DNA of 64,000 nucleotides from Clostridia bacterium (GTDB lineage: Bacteria; Bacillota; Clostridia; Oscillospirales; CAG-272). Positions within the stretch are counted from its first letter, which is position 1. The number at the start of each line of letters is the position of its first letter. Below are positions 1-10,037 of the stretch, one piece after another. The position numbers were made by a program, and so were the translations under genes. The notes under the pieces are model-generated. The model saw only the letters and a program-made list of their open reading frames with translations. It did no database searches and was not told the origin of the DNA. The stretch is taken from positions 434 to 64,433 of the forward strand of contig JAGBCA010000004.1 in assembly GCA_017938205.1 (NCBI GenBank), given 5' to 3'.

Positions 1-1006
1 GCGCATCCTCATCAAGATTATCCAGCGCAACGATCACAGGCAAACGTCCAACAAGCTCGGGGATGATACCGTATTTTACAACATCATGTGCGGTAACGTC
101 CTTGTATACTCCCTTTTCAACGCGCTCCTTTTTCGTTTCTTTTTCGGTGGCAAAACCAATGATCTGATTTCCTTTGCGTTGTTCGATGATCTCTTCGATA
201 CCGTCAAATGCACCGCCGCAAATAAAAAGTATATTTTTTGTATCGATCTGGATAAACTCTTGATTCGGATGCTTACGCCCGCCCTGCGGAGGTACGTTTG
301 CTACAGTCCCCTCCAGAATCTTGAGAAGTGCCTGCTGAACGCCTTCTCCGGAAACGTCTCTCGTAATAGAACGGTTTTCACCCTTGCGAGAGATCTTATC
401 GATCTCATCAATATAAATTATACCGCGCTCGGCAAGTGCCACGTCATAATCTGCAGCCTGGATCAGACGTAAAAGAATATTTTCAACGTCCTCGCCAACG
501 TAGCCGGCTTCGGTCAGGGTGGTTGCATCCGCAATAGCAAAGGGAACCTTAAAGCTCTTTGCAAGCGTTTGCGCGATATAGGTCTTACCAACACCGGTGG
601 GGCCGAGAAGAAGAACATTGGATTTTTGAATTTCCACTTCATCCTCGGTCTGCTCGGATTTTTGTCTTGATTTTTTGTTTTTCTTTCCGTTTTCGGGAAG
701 AAGAAAAATGCGCTTGTAATGATTGTAAACGGCAACGGCGAGTGCAAGCTTTGCTCCATCCTGTCCGATAACGTATTCATCGAGCATGGCTTTAATTTCT
801 TCAGGCTTAGGAAGAGATTCAAAGCTCATCTCTTCATTATCCTCGCTTAGTGGAAGCAAATGCTCGTCAATAAAATCCGCACAAACGCCAATACAGCTGT
901 CGCAAATAAAGCAAGTACCGTCTTTTCCGGGGATCAAGGCCGCAGCCTCTGTCTCGCTTCTGCCGCAAAAAGAGCAGCTGCGCACTACGCTTTTTTTATC
1001 TGCCAT
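1..1006 (-). CDS. clpX: ATP-dependent Clp protease ATP-binding subunit ClpX; the C-terminal end lies outside the window
   Basis: The reverse complement from 1006 reads [15 protein letters not shown], the N-terminal zinc-ribbon CxxC motifs. A Walker A motif [13 protein letters not shown] lies near 575-615. The gene sits directly downstream of clpP and tig, as in many Firmicutes. Confidence 0.9.
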   Translation of the reverse strand, partial: MADKKSVVRSCSFCGRSETEAAALIPGKDGTCFICDSCIGVCADFIDEHLLPLSEDNEEMSFESLPKPEEIKAMLDEYVIGQDGAKLALAVAVYNHYKRIFLLPENGKKNKKSRQKSEQTEDEVEIQKSNVLLLGPTGVGKTYIAQTLAKSFKVPFAIADATTLTEAGYVGEDVENILLRLIQAADYDVALAERGIIYIDEIDKISRKGENRSITRDVSGEGVQQALLKILEGTVANVPPQGGRKHPNQEFIQIDTKNILFICGGAFDGIEEIIEQRKGNQIIGFATEKETKKERVEKGVYKDVTAHDVVKYGIIPELVGRLPVIVALDNLDEDA

Positions 1007-1009
1007 GTC

Positions 1010-1600
1010 TTACTTCAAGTCCTTTTTTGTAATTACTTTATCGATTAGTCCGTATTCCATCGCCTCTGCAGCAGACATAAAATTATCCCGCTCGGTATCT
1101 TTTTGAATGGTTTCAAGCGGCTTTCCGGTCTGCTCGGCGAGAAGGGTATTCAGCTTTTCACGAATGCGGAGAATATGATCTGCATGGATCTTGATATCCG
1201 ATGCCTGCCCCTGCATTCCACCGAGAGGCTGATGGATCATCACCTCTGCGTTGGGAAGAGCAAATCTCTTGCCCTTTGCACCGCTGGAAAGAAGGAATGC
1301 GCCCATAGAAGCAGCCATACCAATGCAAATCGTAGAAACATCGCACTTGATATAGTTCATAGTATCGTAGATCGCCATGCCTGCGGAAATCGAGCCGCCG
1401 GGGCTATTGATGTAAAAATAAACGTCCTTATCCGGATCCTGCGCTTCAAGATACAGCATCTGTGCAACGACCAGGGAAGCGGTGGTGTCATTTACTTCAT
1501 CGGCAAGAAAAATAATTCGGTCATTTAAAAGTCGGGAATAAATATCGTAGGAGCGTTCACCGCGCGAGGTCTGCTCCACAACAACAGGTACAAGTGCCAT
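1010..1600 (-). CDS. clpP: ATP-dependent Clp protease proteolytic subunit ClpP
   Basis: The 196-aa ORF carries typical ClpP sequence ([36 protein letters not shown]). It lies between tig and clpX. Confidence 0.95.
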   Translation of the reverse strand: MALVPVVVEQTSRGERSYDIYSRLLNDRIIFLADEVNDTTASLVVAQMLYLEAQDPDKDVYFYINSPGGSISAGMAIYDTMNYIKCDVSTICIGMAASMGAFLLSSGAKGKRFALPNAEVMIHQPLGGMQGQASDIKIHADHILRIREKLNTLLAEQTGKPLETIQKDTERDNFMSAAEAMEYGLIDKVITKKDLK

Positions 1601-1623
1601 ATAAGTATCTCCTTTATTAAATT

Positions 1624-1666
1624 ATAAAAAGCAGCCGAAAGTCAAGAAACTCTGACCCTCGGCTGC
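1624..1666 (-). terminator. Intrinsic terminator downstream of tig
   Basis: The GCAGCCGA...TCGGCTGC hairpin (1631-1666) is followed by a U-run on the minus-strand transcript. Confidence 0.6.
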
Positions 1667-1680
1667 AAAACACCTTTGGT

Positions 1681-2955
1681 TTACTCGGTAACGGCGTTGT
1701 CCTTAACAAACTTCATTGCAGCCGCAACGCAAAGATCGGCCTTGATATCCTCAGCGGCCACCATCGTCTTTACGTTCTCTTCGGGAACATTATAAGCCTC
1801 TGCAATTCTCTTGTACTCAGCCTCTACCTCTTCATCGGTAACGGTAATGCCTTCCTTCTTAACGATCGTCTCAAGCGCAAGGCGAACCTTAACCTGCTTT
1901 TCAGCCTGAGGACGCATTTCCGCACGAAGCGCATCCAGCGTCATACCGGTGTATTTAAGATAGGTGGAGAGATCAAGTCCCTGCATCTTCAGTCTGTTGT
2001 CATAGTCGCGCACATAGTTCTCGGTTTCAGCCTCAAACATAGGCTCGGGAATTTCGCCGATGAGATTCTTAATAAGAGCCTCGGCCAATGCGTTTTCAAA
2101 ATCGCTCTCAGCCTTCTTTTCGTTTCTCTTAACCATTTTATCCTTAATGTCGGCTTTATATTCATCCAGCGTATCAAATTCGGAAACATCCTTCGCGAAC
2201 TCATCATCCAGAGCAGGGAGCTCCTCAAACTTAATGCTGTTGAGAACCGTCTTAAAGGTAGCCTCCTTACCGGCAAGCTCCTTTGCATGATAATCCTCAG
2301 GGAAGGTAACTACAACGTCGAACGCATCGCCGATGTTCTTTCCAACGATCTGATCTTCAAAGCCGGGAATGAAGGAACCGGAACCAAGCGTCAGATCGTG
2401 GTTCTCGCCCTTACCGCCCTCAAAGGCAACGCCATCGATAAAGCCCTCATAATTGATGTTTACGATATCGTTCTTCTTTGCAGCTCTGTCGGTGATCTCA
2501 ATGGTTCTTGCGTTTCTCTTGCGAGCACGCTCTACCTCTTCGTCCACTTCCTTCTTGGTCACTCTGGCAACCTTTTTCTTTGCCTTGAGTCCCTTATACT
2601 CCTTGAGATCCATCTCCGGCTTAACGAAGCCCTCCGCCTTCAGGACAATATCCCCCTCGGTGGAAACGATGTCAAACTTAGGAGTGCCAACGATGGAAAG
2701 TCCGCTTTCCTTAACTGCCTCCTCAAATGCCTCGGGAAGGCAAGCGTTGATTGCATCCTCAAAGAAGATACCCTTGCCATAAAGCTTCTCAACGATGTAC
2801 TTGGGTGCCTTGCCCTTTCTGAAGCCGGGAATATTCATATTCTTAACGGCTTTCTTGTATGCGTCCATTTCTGCTTTGTCAAAAGCTTCCTTGCTAACGG
2901 AAAACTCCATCGTAAAGCCGGACTTTTCGGTTAACTCCTTTTTCAAAAGGCTCAT
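1681..2955 (-). CDS. tig: Trigger factor (peptidyl-prolyl isomerase)
   Basis: The 424-aa ORF has a central FKBP-like segment (GFIDGVAFEGGKGENHDLTLGSGSFIPGFEDQIVG). It shows the tig-clpP-clpX synteny and has a GGAGG RBS. Confidence 0.93.
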   Translation of the reverse strand: MSLLKKELTEKSGFTMEFSVSKEAFDKAEMDAYKKAVKNMNIPGFRKGKAPKYIVEKLYGKGIFFEDAINACLPEAFEEAVKESGLSIVGTPKFDIVSTEGDIVLKAEGFVKPEMDLKEYKGLKAKKKVARVTKKEVDEEVERARKRNARTIEITDRAAKKNDIVNINYEGFIDGVAFEGGKGENHDLTLGSGSFIPGFEDQIVGKNIGDAFDVVVTFPEDYHAKELAGKEATFKTVLNSIKFEELPALDDEFAKDVSEFDTLDEYKADIKDKMVKRNEKKAESDFENALAEALIKNLIGEIPEPMFEAETENYVRDYDNRLKMQGLDLSTYLKYTGMTLDALRAEMRPQAEKQVKVRLALETIVKKEGITVTDEEVEAEYKRIAEAYNVPEENVKTMVAAEDIKADLCVAAAMKFVKDNAVTE

Positions 2956-3086
2956 TGTTTTTCCTCCGGAAAATATATTATTTAATTATTTGTCTAATAA
3001 AACCATTTAATTATACAATAAAAGAAATGTTTTGTCAAGCCCTAAAGCACAGATAAAAAGTTGAATTTTGCAACAAATTTGATTTT

Positions 3087-3809
3087 TCAAACAATTTTGG
3101 GAAGAAAATCCAAATAATCTGCCGAAATCAAGTGAAAAGAAATGCCGTCATAGTCGAAATCCTTGGGGAGTACATACCCACCGTGGATATGACCGAAAAA
3201 CACCTCTTTTATCTCATATTCCTTTAAAAGCTCGTAGATTCCCGGCGTACGTTTATCGTTCCACACAGGAGGGAAGTGCAAGAATACAAGAATCTCCTTA
3301 TCGGGGGCATGAGTCTTAAGACGAACCGCCTCGGAAAGGCTCGTCCTTAAACGCCCCGTTTCTCTTGCAATGATTTTCTCAAAATCCGCCGGCGTGACGG
3401 TCTTCATCGCATCTGCCTCCAAATACCAGCCACGCGTACCGGCAATAATATATTTCTCGGTTTCGTGCGCGTTGTTATAAAGAAACGAAATGGTACGGAT
3501 CCCATGTTTATCAAAAAACTGTCTGTGCTTTGACATCGTGGACCACCAGAAATCATGGTTGCCCTTTCCGAGAATTTTTTTGCCGGGCAGAGCATCCAAA
3601 AATTTAAGATCCATGAGCGCCTCATCCAGATCGATCGCCCAGGAAGTATCGCCGGGAACAACCACGGTATCGGTATCAGAAACAACAGAGCGCCAGTTTT
3701 TTTCCAGTCTCTGCATATAATTTTCCCAGCGTTTTCCAAAAATCTCCATCGATTTATTCGTTGCAGCAAGCGTTGAAAGATGAAGGTCGGAAATGGTAAA
3801 TAATGACAT
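3087..3809 (-). CDS. Metallophosphoesterase family protein
   Basis: Calcineurin-like phosphoesterase motifs are present (ISDLHLS, GDTSW, GNHDFWW, GHIHG). I chose the start at MSLFTISDLHL (ATG at 3809); the longer 288-aa ORF adds an unlikely hydrophobic leader. Confidence 0.8.
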   Translation of the reverse strand: MSLFTISDLHLSTLAATNKSMEIFGKRWENYMQRLEKNWRSVVSDTDTVVVPGDTSWAIDLDEALMDLKFLDALPGKKILGKGNHDFWWSTMSKHRQFFDKHGIRTISFLYNNAHETEKYIIAGTRGWYLEADAMKTVTPADFEKIIARETGRLRTSLSEAVRLKTHAPDKEILVFLHFPPVWNDKRTPGIYELLKEYEIKEVFFGHIHGGYVLPKDFDYDGISFHLISADYLDFLPKIV

Positions 3810-3897
3810 TTTTGTTTTCTCCAAAAAATGAATAATTGCTGCGTAATGGAGGCAAAATAGAATCGCAAACAAAAGGTTTGCAGAAAAGAGATTAAAG

Positions 3898-4089
3898 ATG
3901 GAAGACAAAAAGTATTCTACCGAATGTGAGACCGGAAAATGCATCAAGGGCATCGTTTGCGATGCCGCACATTGTGCATATAATAACGGTCACAGTGCGT
4001 GTTGCGCAAAGCAGATCACGGTCGGCCCCGCCGATGCAGATTGCTCCTCTGACACAGTTTGTGCCACCTTCAAGCCCAAAACTTATTAA
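3898..4089 (+). CDS. Small cysteine-rich DUF1540-like protein
   Basis: This is a 63-aa ORF with the pattern C..GKC......CDA.HC.YN....C.A..I.V.......C....C.TF, typical of DUF1540 proteins in Firmicutes. Confidence 0.6.
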   Translation: MEDKKYSTECETGKCIKGIVCDAAHCAYNNGHSACCAKQITVGPADADCSSDTVCATFKPKTY

Positions 4090-5567
4090 TTCGCAGCGAA
4101 TTTCATGACCGCATCTGCCATCTCGTCCTTGTCGATGATCGTGCTGAAGCGAACAGATTTACGATCAAGGCCGGAAAGCGGCGCAGGGATCTCGGTTGCG
4201 GTTGCGGATCTGAGCGCCTCCAAAGCTTCAAGGCCGTCAATATCCTTGGAGGGATCTAAGGCATTCAATACGTCCTTGGCGAATTTATAAGGCGAAGCGG
4301 TGGAAACCGTCAGCATTTTTCTCTCTGCCTTATAGATGCTCTTATATTGCGCGGCAGCATGTGCTGCTACAGCAGTATGAGTATCTATAAGGTAGTTTTC
4401 TTTTTGGAAGATAAGGCGGATCGTTTCCTTCGTCTGCTCCTCTGTGGTATAATAGCCGACAAAGGTTTCCTTGATCTTCGCAAAATCCGCGTCGGTAAGC
4501 TTGTACGATCCGTTCTCCGAAAGTGCTTTCATATAGTTTGCCGTTCTATCCGCACCGCAGACAAGATATAAAAGTCTCTCAAGATTTGAGGAGATCAAAA
4601 TGTCCATAGAAGGCGAGATAGACGGCATAAAGGGGCGATTGCGATCATAAACGCCGTTTGCAAGAAAATCCGTAAGAACGTTATTGCGATTGGAGGCGCA
4701 CACAAGATGATGGAAGGGAAGACCGCAGAGCTTTGCGATATAGGCGGCAAAAATATTACCGAAATTTCCCGTAGGAACCGTAATGTCGATCTCCTCACCC
4801 ATCCGGATTGCACCGCTTGCAACCATATCACAATAAGCGGATACATAATACGCAACCTGCGGAACGAGACGCCCCCAGTTGATGGAGTTCGCGCTGGAAA
4901 GAAAAATATTGTTTTTCGCAAGCTCCTCGCGGATCGAAGCATCGGAAAAGATCCTCTTAACACCGGTTTGCGCATCATCAAAATTGCCGCGAATGGCCAT
5001 TACGGAAACATTTTCTCCTTCGCCGGTCTGCATCTGCAGCTTCTGAACACGGCTAACGCCATCCGTGGGGAAGAACACCTGGATCTTCGTTCCGGGAATA
5101 TCTCGATAGCCTTCCATGGCCGCTTTTCCGGTATCACCCGAAGTCGCAACCAAAATAAGTGCCGTTTTATCCTCGCCACACTTTTTGAGCGCGCGGGTAA
5201 AAAGACGTGGCATGAGCTGAAGCGCCATATCCTTGAAGGCGCAGGTCGGGCCGTGCCAGAGCTCGAGCACGTGCATATCGTGAAGAGAAGAAACGGGCGC
5301 AGGTGATGGGCCGAATTTCTCCTCAGCATATGCAAGAGCTGCATCTGTCAAAAGCTCCTCCTTGGTGTAGTCCGTCAAAAAAGCAGACAAAACGGCAGAG
5401 GAACGCTCTGCATAAGAGAGCGGAATAAGAGATTTTATAAATTCTGCCCCGAATTTAGGCATCGTTTCCGGCATATATAATCCTCCGTCGGGCGCAAGAC
5501 CTCGCTTGATCGCCTCTGCGGAGCTTACATTATTTTCAGCAAAACCTCTTGTGCTTACGTAATTCAT
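4086..5567 (-). CDS. thrC: Threonine synthase
   Basis: It starts MNYVSTRG and has the PLP-lysine motif HGPTCAFKDMALQ. I chose the start at 5567, which is preceded by GGAAAGGA. Confidence 0.9.
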   Translation of the reverse strand: MNYVSTRGFAENNVSSAEAIKRGLAPDGGLYMPETMPKFGAEFIKSLIPLSYAERSSAVLSAFLTDYTKEELLTDAALAYAEEKFGPSPAPVSSLHDMHVLELWHGPTCAFKDMALQLMPRLFTRALKKCGEDKTALILVATSGDTGKAAMEGYRDIPGTKIQVFFPTDGVSRVQKLQMQTGEGENVSVMAIRGNFDDAQTGVKRIFSDASIREELAKNNIFLSSANSINWGRLVPQVAYYVSAYCDMVASGAIRMGEEIDITVPTGNFGNIFAAYIAKLCGLPFHHLVCASNRNNVLTDFLANGVYDRNRPFMPSISPSMDILISSNLERLLYLVCGADRTANYMKALSENGSYKLTDADFAKIKETFVGYYTTEEQTKETIRLIFQKENYLIDTHTAVAAHAAAQYKSIYKAERKMLTVSTASPYKFAKDVLNALDPSKDIDGLEALEALRSATATEIPAPLSGLDRKSVRFSTIIDKDEMADAVMKFAAN

Positions 5568-5587
5568 AATTATCCTTTCCAAATATC

Positions 5588-6019
5588 TCAATGCGTTTTA
5601 TATGCTGAATTCATATCGAATGCGTTTTCAATATGAACAAGCTTATGTACCTTGATTTTGTTTTTTTGATTTTTTTCCGTATAGATTTCAATTATATCCA
5701 TACGCATCATGCATCCGATTTCTTTGTGTGTGCGACGTGCGTATTCGTTGGCAACACGTATCAGTCGTCGTTGCTTTTCCGGATTTACAGATGCAGCAGG
5801 ACGTGCCTCAAAGCCTTCTTCCGCTCCTATGCTTCTCGTTTTAACCTCAACGAAGCAGAGAGTGTGCTTTTTTCGAGCTATTATATCTATCTCGCCCCAT
5901 TTGCCAACATAATTGCGTTCAAGTATCCGATATCCTTTACGGCGAAGATATCGAGCTGCGGTCGTTTCGCCGTAATTTCCAAGTTGACGGCGAGGGGTTA
6001 AAATCTTTAAAATATTCAT
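5588..6019 (-). CDS. YraN-family (UPF0102) endonuclease-like protein
   Basis: The 143-aa ORF contains GE.AA..YL...GY.IL.RN......GEIDIIA........FVEVK.R. It sits downstream of rnhB, as is commonly seen. Confidence 0.8.
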   Translation of the reverse strand: MNILKILTPRRQLGNYGETTAARYLRRKGYRILERNYVGKWGEIDIIARKKHTLCFVEVKTRSIGAEEGFEARPAASVNPEKQRRLIRVANEYARRTHKEIGCMMRMDIIEIYTEKNQKNKIKVHKLVHIENAFDMNSAYKTH

Positions 6020-6615
6020 TTATCAAGAAATTTTAAAAAACTTTTTCTATATATCGGCGATGGTCCATGAAGCCGTACCGCATCCATATGATCCTTCGTC
6101 GGATACCCCTTATGCTTTGCAATGCCGTACATAGGATAGGCGGCATCAAGCGCAACGCACATTCGGTCACGCGTTACCTTTGCCAAAACAGAAGCCGCAG
6201 CAATGGACATAGATTTGCTGTCTCCCTTCACGATCGGGAAGGCGGGCAGAGAAAATCCGCGGTTGCAATTACCGTCAATCAGTGCACAATCGGGACGAAC
6301 AGAAAGCATATCGATGGCTCTTTGCATAGCCAGCATAGAAGCATTTAATATATTGATAGAATCGATCTCTTCCGGCGATGCCTCGGCTATACCGTATGCC
6401 AACGCTTTTTCGGTGATTATATCGAATAGTGCTTCTCGTTTCTTCTCGGTAAGCTTTTTGGAATCATCGAGTCCATCAATGGAAAGTCCGAGAGGAAGAA
6501 TAACGGCCGCCGCAACAACCGGTCCGCAAAGTGGACCGCGCCCCGCTTCATCACAGCCGCAAACGACTGTATATCCTCGCGCTTGCATTTGAGTTTCAAT
6601 TTCAAACGATGGCAT
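6016..6615 (-). CDS. rnhB: Ribonuclease HII
   Basis: The 199-aa ORF has the motifs [16 protein letters not shown] and DDSKKL. It follows rbgA, as in Bacillus. Confidence 0.92.
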   Translation of the reverse strand: MPSFEIETQMQARGYTVVCGCDEAGRGPLCGPVVAAAVILPLGLSIDGLDDSKKLTEKKREALFDIITEKALAYGIAEASPEEIDSINILNASMLAMQRAIDMLSVRPDCALIDGNCNRGFSLPAFPIVKGDSKSMSIAAASVLAKVTRDRMCVALDAAYPMYGIAKHKGYPTKDHMDAVRLHGPSPIYRKSFLKFLDK

Positions 6616-7489
6616 TGTTACCTCCTTCCGGCAATTCCAAACTGATGCGTCCGATCACACCGCCGCGAAATTCATCCAAAAGCATTGTAGCGGTTCGTTC
6701 CGTGTTGATCTCACCGCCGGATACAAGAAAACCGCGCTTTCTACCAACTGCCTCAAAAATATCATATCCGTCAAGATCGGCAATCGCTTCATATTGCAGA
6801 CGGTATCTTTCGCAAAAGGCCTTTGGAGCAACGTCAACCAAGCGGCGGCAAAGAATCATCGCCATTTCCTCGATATCTAAGATCTGATCGCGTATTGCGC
6901 CGGTCAAAGCAAGATTTTCGCCAACGGTGGCATCCTCAAACTTTGGCCACAAAACACCGGGCATATCCAAAAGATCCAAGCCAATTGTCGTAGGGATCCA
7001 TTGTTTATTCAGGGTAACGCCGGGTCGATCCTCAACCTTGGCTTTTTTTGCGCCTGCAAGGCGATTGATTAGGGAGGATTTTCCTACGTTGGGAATACCA
7101 ACGATCATGGCCTTGATCCGTCTGCCCTCCATCCCCTTATTCTTATATCGCTCAAGCTTTTCTGCCATAACGGATTGTATGCTTTCGGAGAGATCGGAAA
7201 GACCAAGCCCGCTTTGTGAATCGATCAGTACGCATGCACGCCCCAATGCGCGGTAATAGCTGACCCAACGACGGCTGATTGCAGGGTCTGCCAACGAAGA
7301 CTTTGTTAAAACCGTAATGGTTGGCTTTTCTTTAAGAATCGCTTCAATTTCGGGATTTTTAGAGCTTTTGGGAATGCGTGCATCGAGCAGCTCAAAAACA
7401 AGATCCACAGAAGGCAGGCACTCGGCCATTAGACGGCGTGTTTTCGCCATATGTCCGGGAAACCATTGTATTGGATTCTTTTGTTGCAT
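6602..7489 (-). CDS. rbgA: Ribosome biogenesis GTPase A (YlqF/RbgA)
   Basis: It starts [11 protein letters not shown] and has a circularly permuted GTPase layout ([20 protein letters not shown]). Confidence 0.92.
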   Translation of the reverse strand: MQQKNPIQWFPGHMAKTRRLMAECLPSVDLVFELLDARIPKSSKNPEIEAILKEKPTITVLTKSSLADPAISRRWVSYYRALGRACVLIDSQSGLGLSDLSESIQSVMAEKLERYKNKGMEGRRIKAMIVGIPNVGKSSLINRLAGAKKAKVEDRPGVTLNKQWIPTTIGLDLLDMPGVLWPKFEDATVGENLALTGAIRDQILDIEEMAMILCRRLVDVAPKAFCERYRLQYEAIADLDGYDIFEAVGRKRGFLVSGGEINTERTATMLLDEFRGGVIGRISLELPEGGNNAIV

Positions 7490-7523
7490 AACCGGTCCTT
7501 TCTCTTACAAGGAAATTTAAATC

Positions 7524-8429
7524 TTATTTTACTGCGCCAAAGCGGTCAAAAGGAAAGAAACGAAGAATGACCTTGCCGAGAATGGCATCCTCACTGAATG
7601 TTCCGGCCGCACTGCGAGAATCCAGCGAAACGTTTCGATGATCTCCCATCAGGAATACACACCCCTCGGGTACGGTTGTGAGCGGAAGCTCATTATACTG
7701 ATAATACGGATCGTCAATAAAAATATAAGCACTTTCATCAAGGAGCTCACCGTCAACGTAAACCTCTCCGTTGGAGCGTATCATGACCGTTTGTCCCTCT
7801 GTGGCAATCACGCGCTTTACGATGGGCTTTGCAAGCGTATTATGAACGCCCGCCTTGGACGCGTCCTGAATTACAACAATGTCTCCTTGTTTGGGAGAAT
7901 AGAAAAGATCAGAGATGATCAAATGCTCCTTATCATACAGCGTATTCTCCATAGAGCCGCCGTCAACAACGGAATGACGGAAGAAAAAAGCCATAGCGAC
8001 AAGAACAAAAGCCAACGCAAAGACGAACATCTCCAAAATGTCAAAGCAACTGTCGATCCTGCGGGTTGCGCTTGTACTGCCATTGCTGTTCGGCTCTGCA
8101 TTTTGATCGCTATTTTCGTTTACCTCATCCGAGGAAGACGCACTTTCAAAATCGCTTTCTGTTTCTTTTGTTTCGGTCTGCTTCTGTGAGGGAAGAGAAG
8201 CAAGCTCTTCATCGGTAAAAAGCTCATTTTCATCGTCTAAAAAAGCATCCTCATCATCCGAAAGAGATTGCGGAAGCATTTCCGAGGTGTTGCTTTTTTT
8301 CGATTCTTCAAGATCATCATTTGCATACGCATCATCGGGAACAATAATCTCATCCTTCGTATTTTCATTGAAGGCCATATCGTCCTCGGTGATCGGCTCA
8401 GAAGCACAACTTTTATTTTCGTGATCCAT
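7524..8429 (-). CDS. lepB: Signal peptidase I with a long acidic N-terminal extension
   Basis: The C-terminal 170 aa carry the S26 motifs (GGSMENTL, KRVIA.EG, GDHRNVSLDSR). They are preceded by one TM segment and about 125 aa of D/E/S-rich sequence. Confidence 0.88.
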   Translation of the reverse strand: MDHENKSCASEPITEDDMAFNENTKDEIIVPDDAYANDDLEESKKSNTSEMLPQSLSDDEDAFLDDENELFTDEELASLPSQKQTETKETESDFESASSSDEVNENSDQNAEPNSNGSTSATRRIDSCFDILEMFVFALAFVLVAMAFFFRHSVVDGGSMENTLYDKEHLIISDLFYSPKQGDIVVIQDASKAGVHNTLAKPIVKRVIATEGQTVMIRSNGEVYVDGELLDESAYIFIDDPYYQYNELPLTTVPEGCVFLMGDHRNVSLDSRSAAGTFSEDAILGKVILRFFPFDRFGAVK

Positions 8430-8581
8430 ACGTAAACCTCACCAAAATAATTTATAAAATATATTTTATCATAAAATTATTTAAAATACAAGTGTTGAAC
8501 AGCGGATTTCATATATTTTTCAAAAAAATAAAAATTTAAAATCTGTTTCGGTAAAAAAAACAGAAAAAAACGCAATTTCAC

Positions 8582-8610
8582 TTGACAAAAGAAGAACTTT
8601 CGCATATAAT
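8582..8610 (+). promoter_or_regulatory. Sigma-A type promoter upstream of aspartate kinase
   Basis: TTGACA (8582-8587), a 17-nt spacer, then TATAAT (8605-8610), about 30 nt before the start codon. Confidence 0.6.
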
Positions 8611-8641
8611 GTTATAATAAAAACACTTTAGAGGTAAAGCA

Positions 8642-9955
8642 ATGAGTTTGAAAGTTTTAAAATTCGGCGGTACGTCCTTGGCGGATGCAGAGCATTTTCG
8701 TCAGGTCGCAAATATTATTAAAAGCGAGCCCGAGAGAAGATACGTAGTAGCCTCTGCTCCCGGAAAGAGATATAGCAGTGACATAAAGGTCACGGATATG
8801 CTCTATAAATGCTACGAGCTTTCTATCAACGAAGAAAGCGTTGACGAGATCTTTGAGGAAATTTGCGAAAGATACAATTCGATTATTCGCGATCTGGAAC
8901 TGGATATGGATCTCTCCGAGGCTTATGCAAAGATCCGCCTTTCTTTGGCACATAATTCGGGCCGTGATTATATCGCCTCTCGCGGCGAATATCTTAACGC
9001 CATGATCTTGGCTAAATATCTCGGCTTTGACTTTATCGATGCGAAAAAGGTGATCTTCTTTAACGATGACGGTAGCTTTGATGCAGAGAAGACCAATAAC
9101 ACCATGAAGGAATATCTCAGCCGTCATACCTACGCGGTCATCCCCGGCTTCTACGGCTCTATGCCCAATGGAACGATCAAAACCTTCTCTCGCGGAGGAT
9201 CGGATATCACCGGCTCGATCGTTGCAAGAGCAGCCAGTGCATCGCTTTATGAGAACTGGACGGACGTTTCCGGCTTCCTTATGGCTGACCCCCGCGTGGT
9301 TCCCGATCCCAAGCCGATCGATGTGATCACCTACAAAGAGCTTCGTGAACTCTCCTACATGGGTGCTACCGTACTGCACGAGGACTCGATTTTCCCTGTG
9401 CGCTATTCCAAAATTCCGATCAATGTCCGCAATACCAATCGCCCCGAAGATAAGGGAACGATGATCGTCCCGCAGGACGATGCCGCCGTTGGTTCGATCG
9501 TCACGGGTATAGCAGGCAAGAGCGGCTTTTCCACGATCTCGGTAGAAAAGGATATGATGAATTCCGAGCTTGGCTTCGGTCGCCGCGTTCTTCAAGTAAT
9601 TGAGGAAGCAGGCATATCCTTTGAGCATTTGCCCTCCGGAATTGATACACTTTCCGTTGTCCTTTCCTCCAAGGAGCTGGCAGGGAAGCGTGCCGACATA
9701 ATGGCAGGAATCTGCAAGGCAGTCAACCCTGATAATATTTACGTAGAAGAAAATCTCGCTCTCATCGCCGTTGTAGGCCGCGGTATGGTTAAGGCCAAGG
9801 GTACCTCTGCAAGAATTTTTGCGGCGCTTGCGGCAGCAGACGTTAACATCCGTATGATCGACCAAGGCTCCTGCGAGATGAACATTATCATTGGCGTTGA
9901 TGCAAACGATTACGTTGTTGCGCTCAATGCGATCTATAATGAATTTGTAAAATAA
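8642..9955 (+). CDS. Aspartate kinase
   Basis: The 437-aa ORF starts LKFGGTSLADAE. It has an amino-acid kinase fold and two C-terminal ACT-like regions (LIAVVGRGM, NIRMIDQGSCEMNIIIGV). Confidence 0.9.
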   Translation: MSLKVLKFGGTSLADAEHFRQVANIIKSEPERRYVVASAPGKRYSSDIKVTDMLYKCYELSINEESVDEIFEEICERYNSIIRDLELDMDLSEAYAKIRLSLAHNSGRDYIASRGEYLNAMILAKYLGFDFIDAKKVIFFNDDGSFDAEKTNNTMKEYLSRHTYAVIPGFYGSMPNGTIKTFSRGGSDITGSIVARAASASLYENWTDVSGFLMADPRVVPDPKPIDVITYKELRELSYMGATVLHEDSIFPVRYSKIPINVRNTNRPEDKGTMIVPQDDAAVGSIVTGIAGKSGFSTISVEKDMMNSELGFGRRVLQVIEEAGISFEHLPSGIDTLSVVLSSKELAGKRADIMAGICKAVNPDNIYVEENLALIAVVGRGMVKAKGTSARIFAALAAADVNIRMIDQGSCEMNIIIGVDANDYVVALNAIYNEFVK

Positions 9956-9963
9956 TTCTTATT

Positions 9964-10004
9964 AAAAAACGCCGTGCGCTCTGCTGAGTACACGGTGTTT
10001 TTTA
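9964..10004. terminator. Bidirectional hairpin between convergent genes
   Basis: AAAAAACGCCGTG...CACGGTGTTTTTT lies between the aspartate kinase stop and the stop of the 10038 gene. Confidence 0.55.
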
Positions 10005-10037
10005 ATATTAAGTAGATAATTCAGAGCAGAAATACAA

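Noticed and set aside
3810-3953. The N-terminal 48 codons of the long metallophosphoesterase ORF
   Set aside because: The conserved DLH motif begins right after the internal Met at 3809. The extension is hydrophobic filler and overlaps the start of the divergent DUF1540 gene.
8430-8641. A possible lysine or T-box type leader upstream of aspartate kinase
   Set aside because: The promoter-like element lies only about 30 nt before the start codon. The upstream DNA is unstructured A/T-rich sequence, too short and too simple for a riboswitch.
8657-9865. A 402-aa ORF antisense to the aspartate kinase gene
   Set aside because: It is a shadow frame of a well-supported gene. It has no RBS, a Cys/Arg/Gly-rich odd composition and no recognisable motifs.
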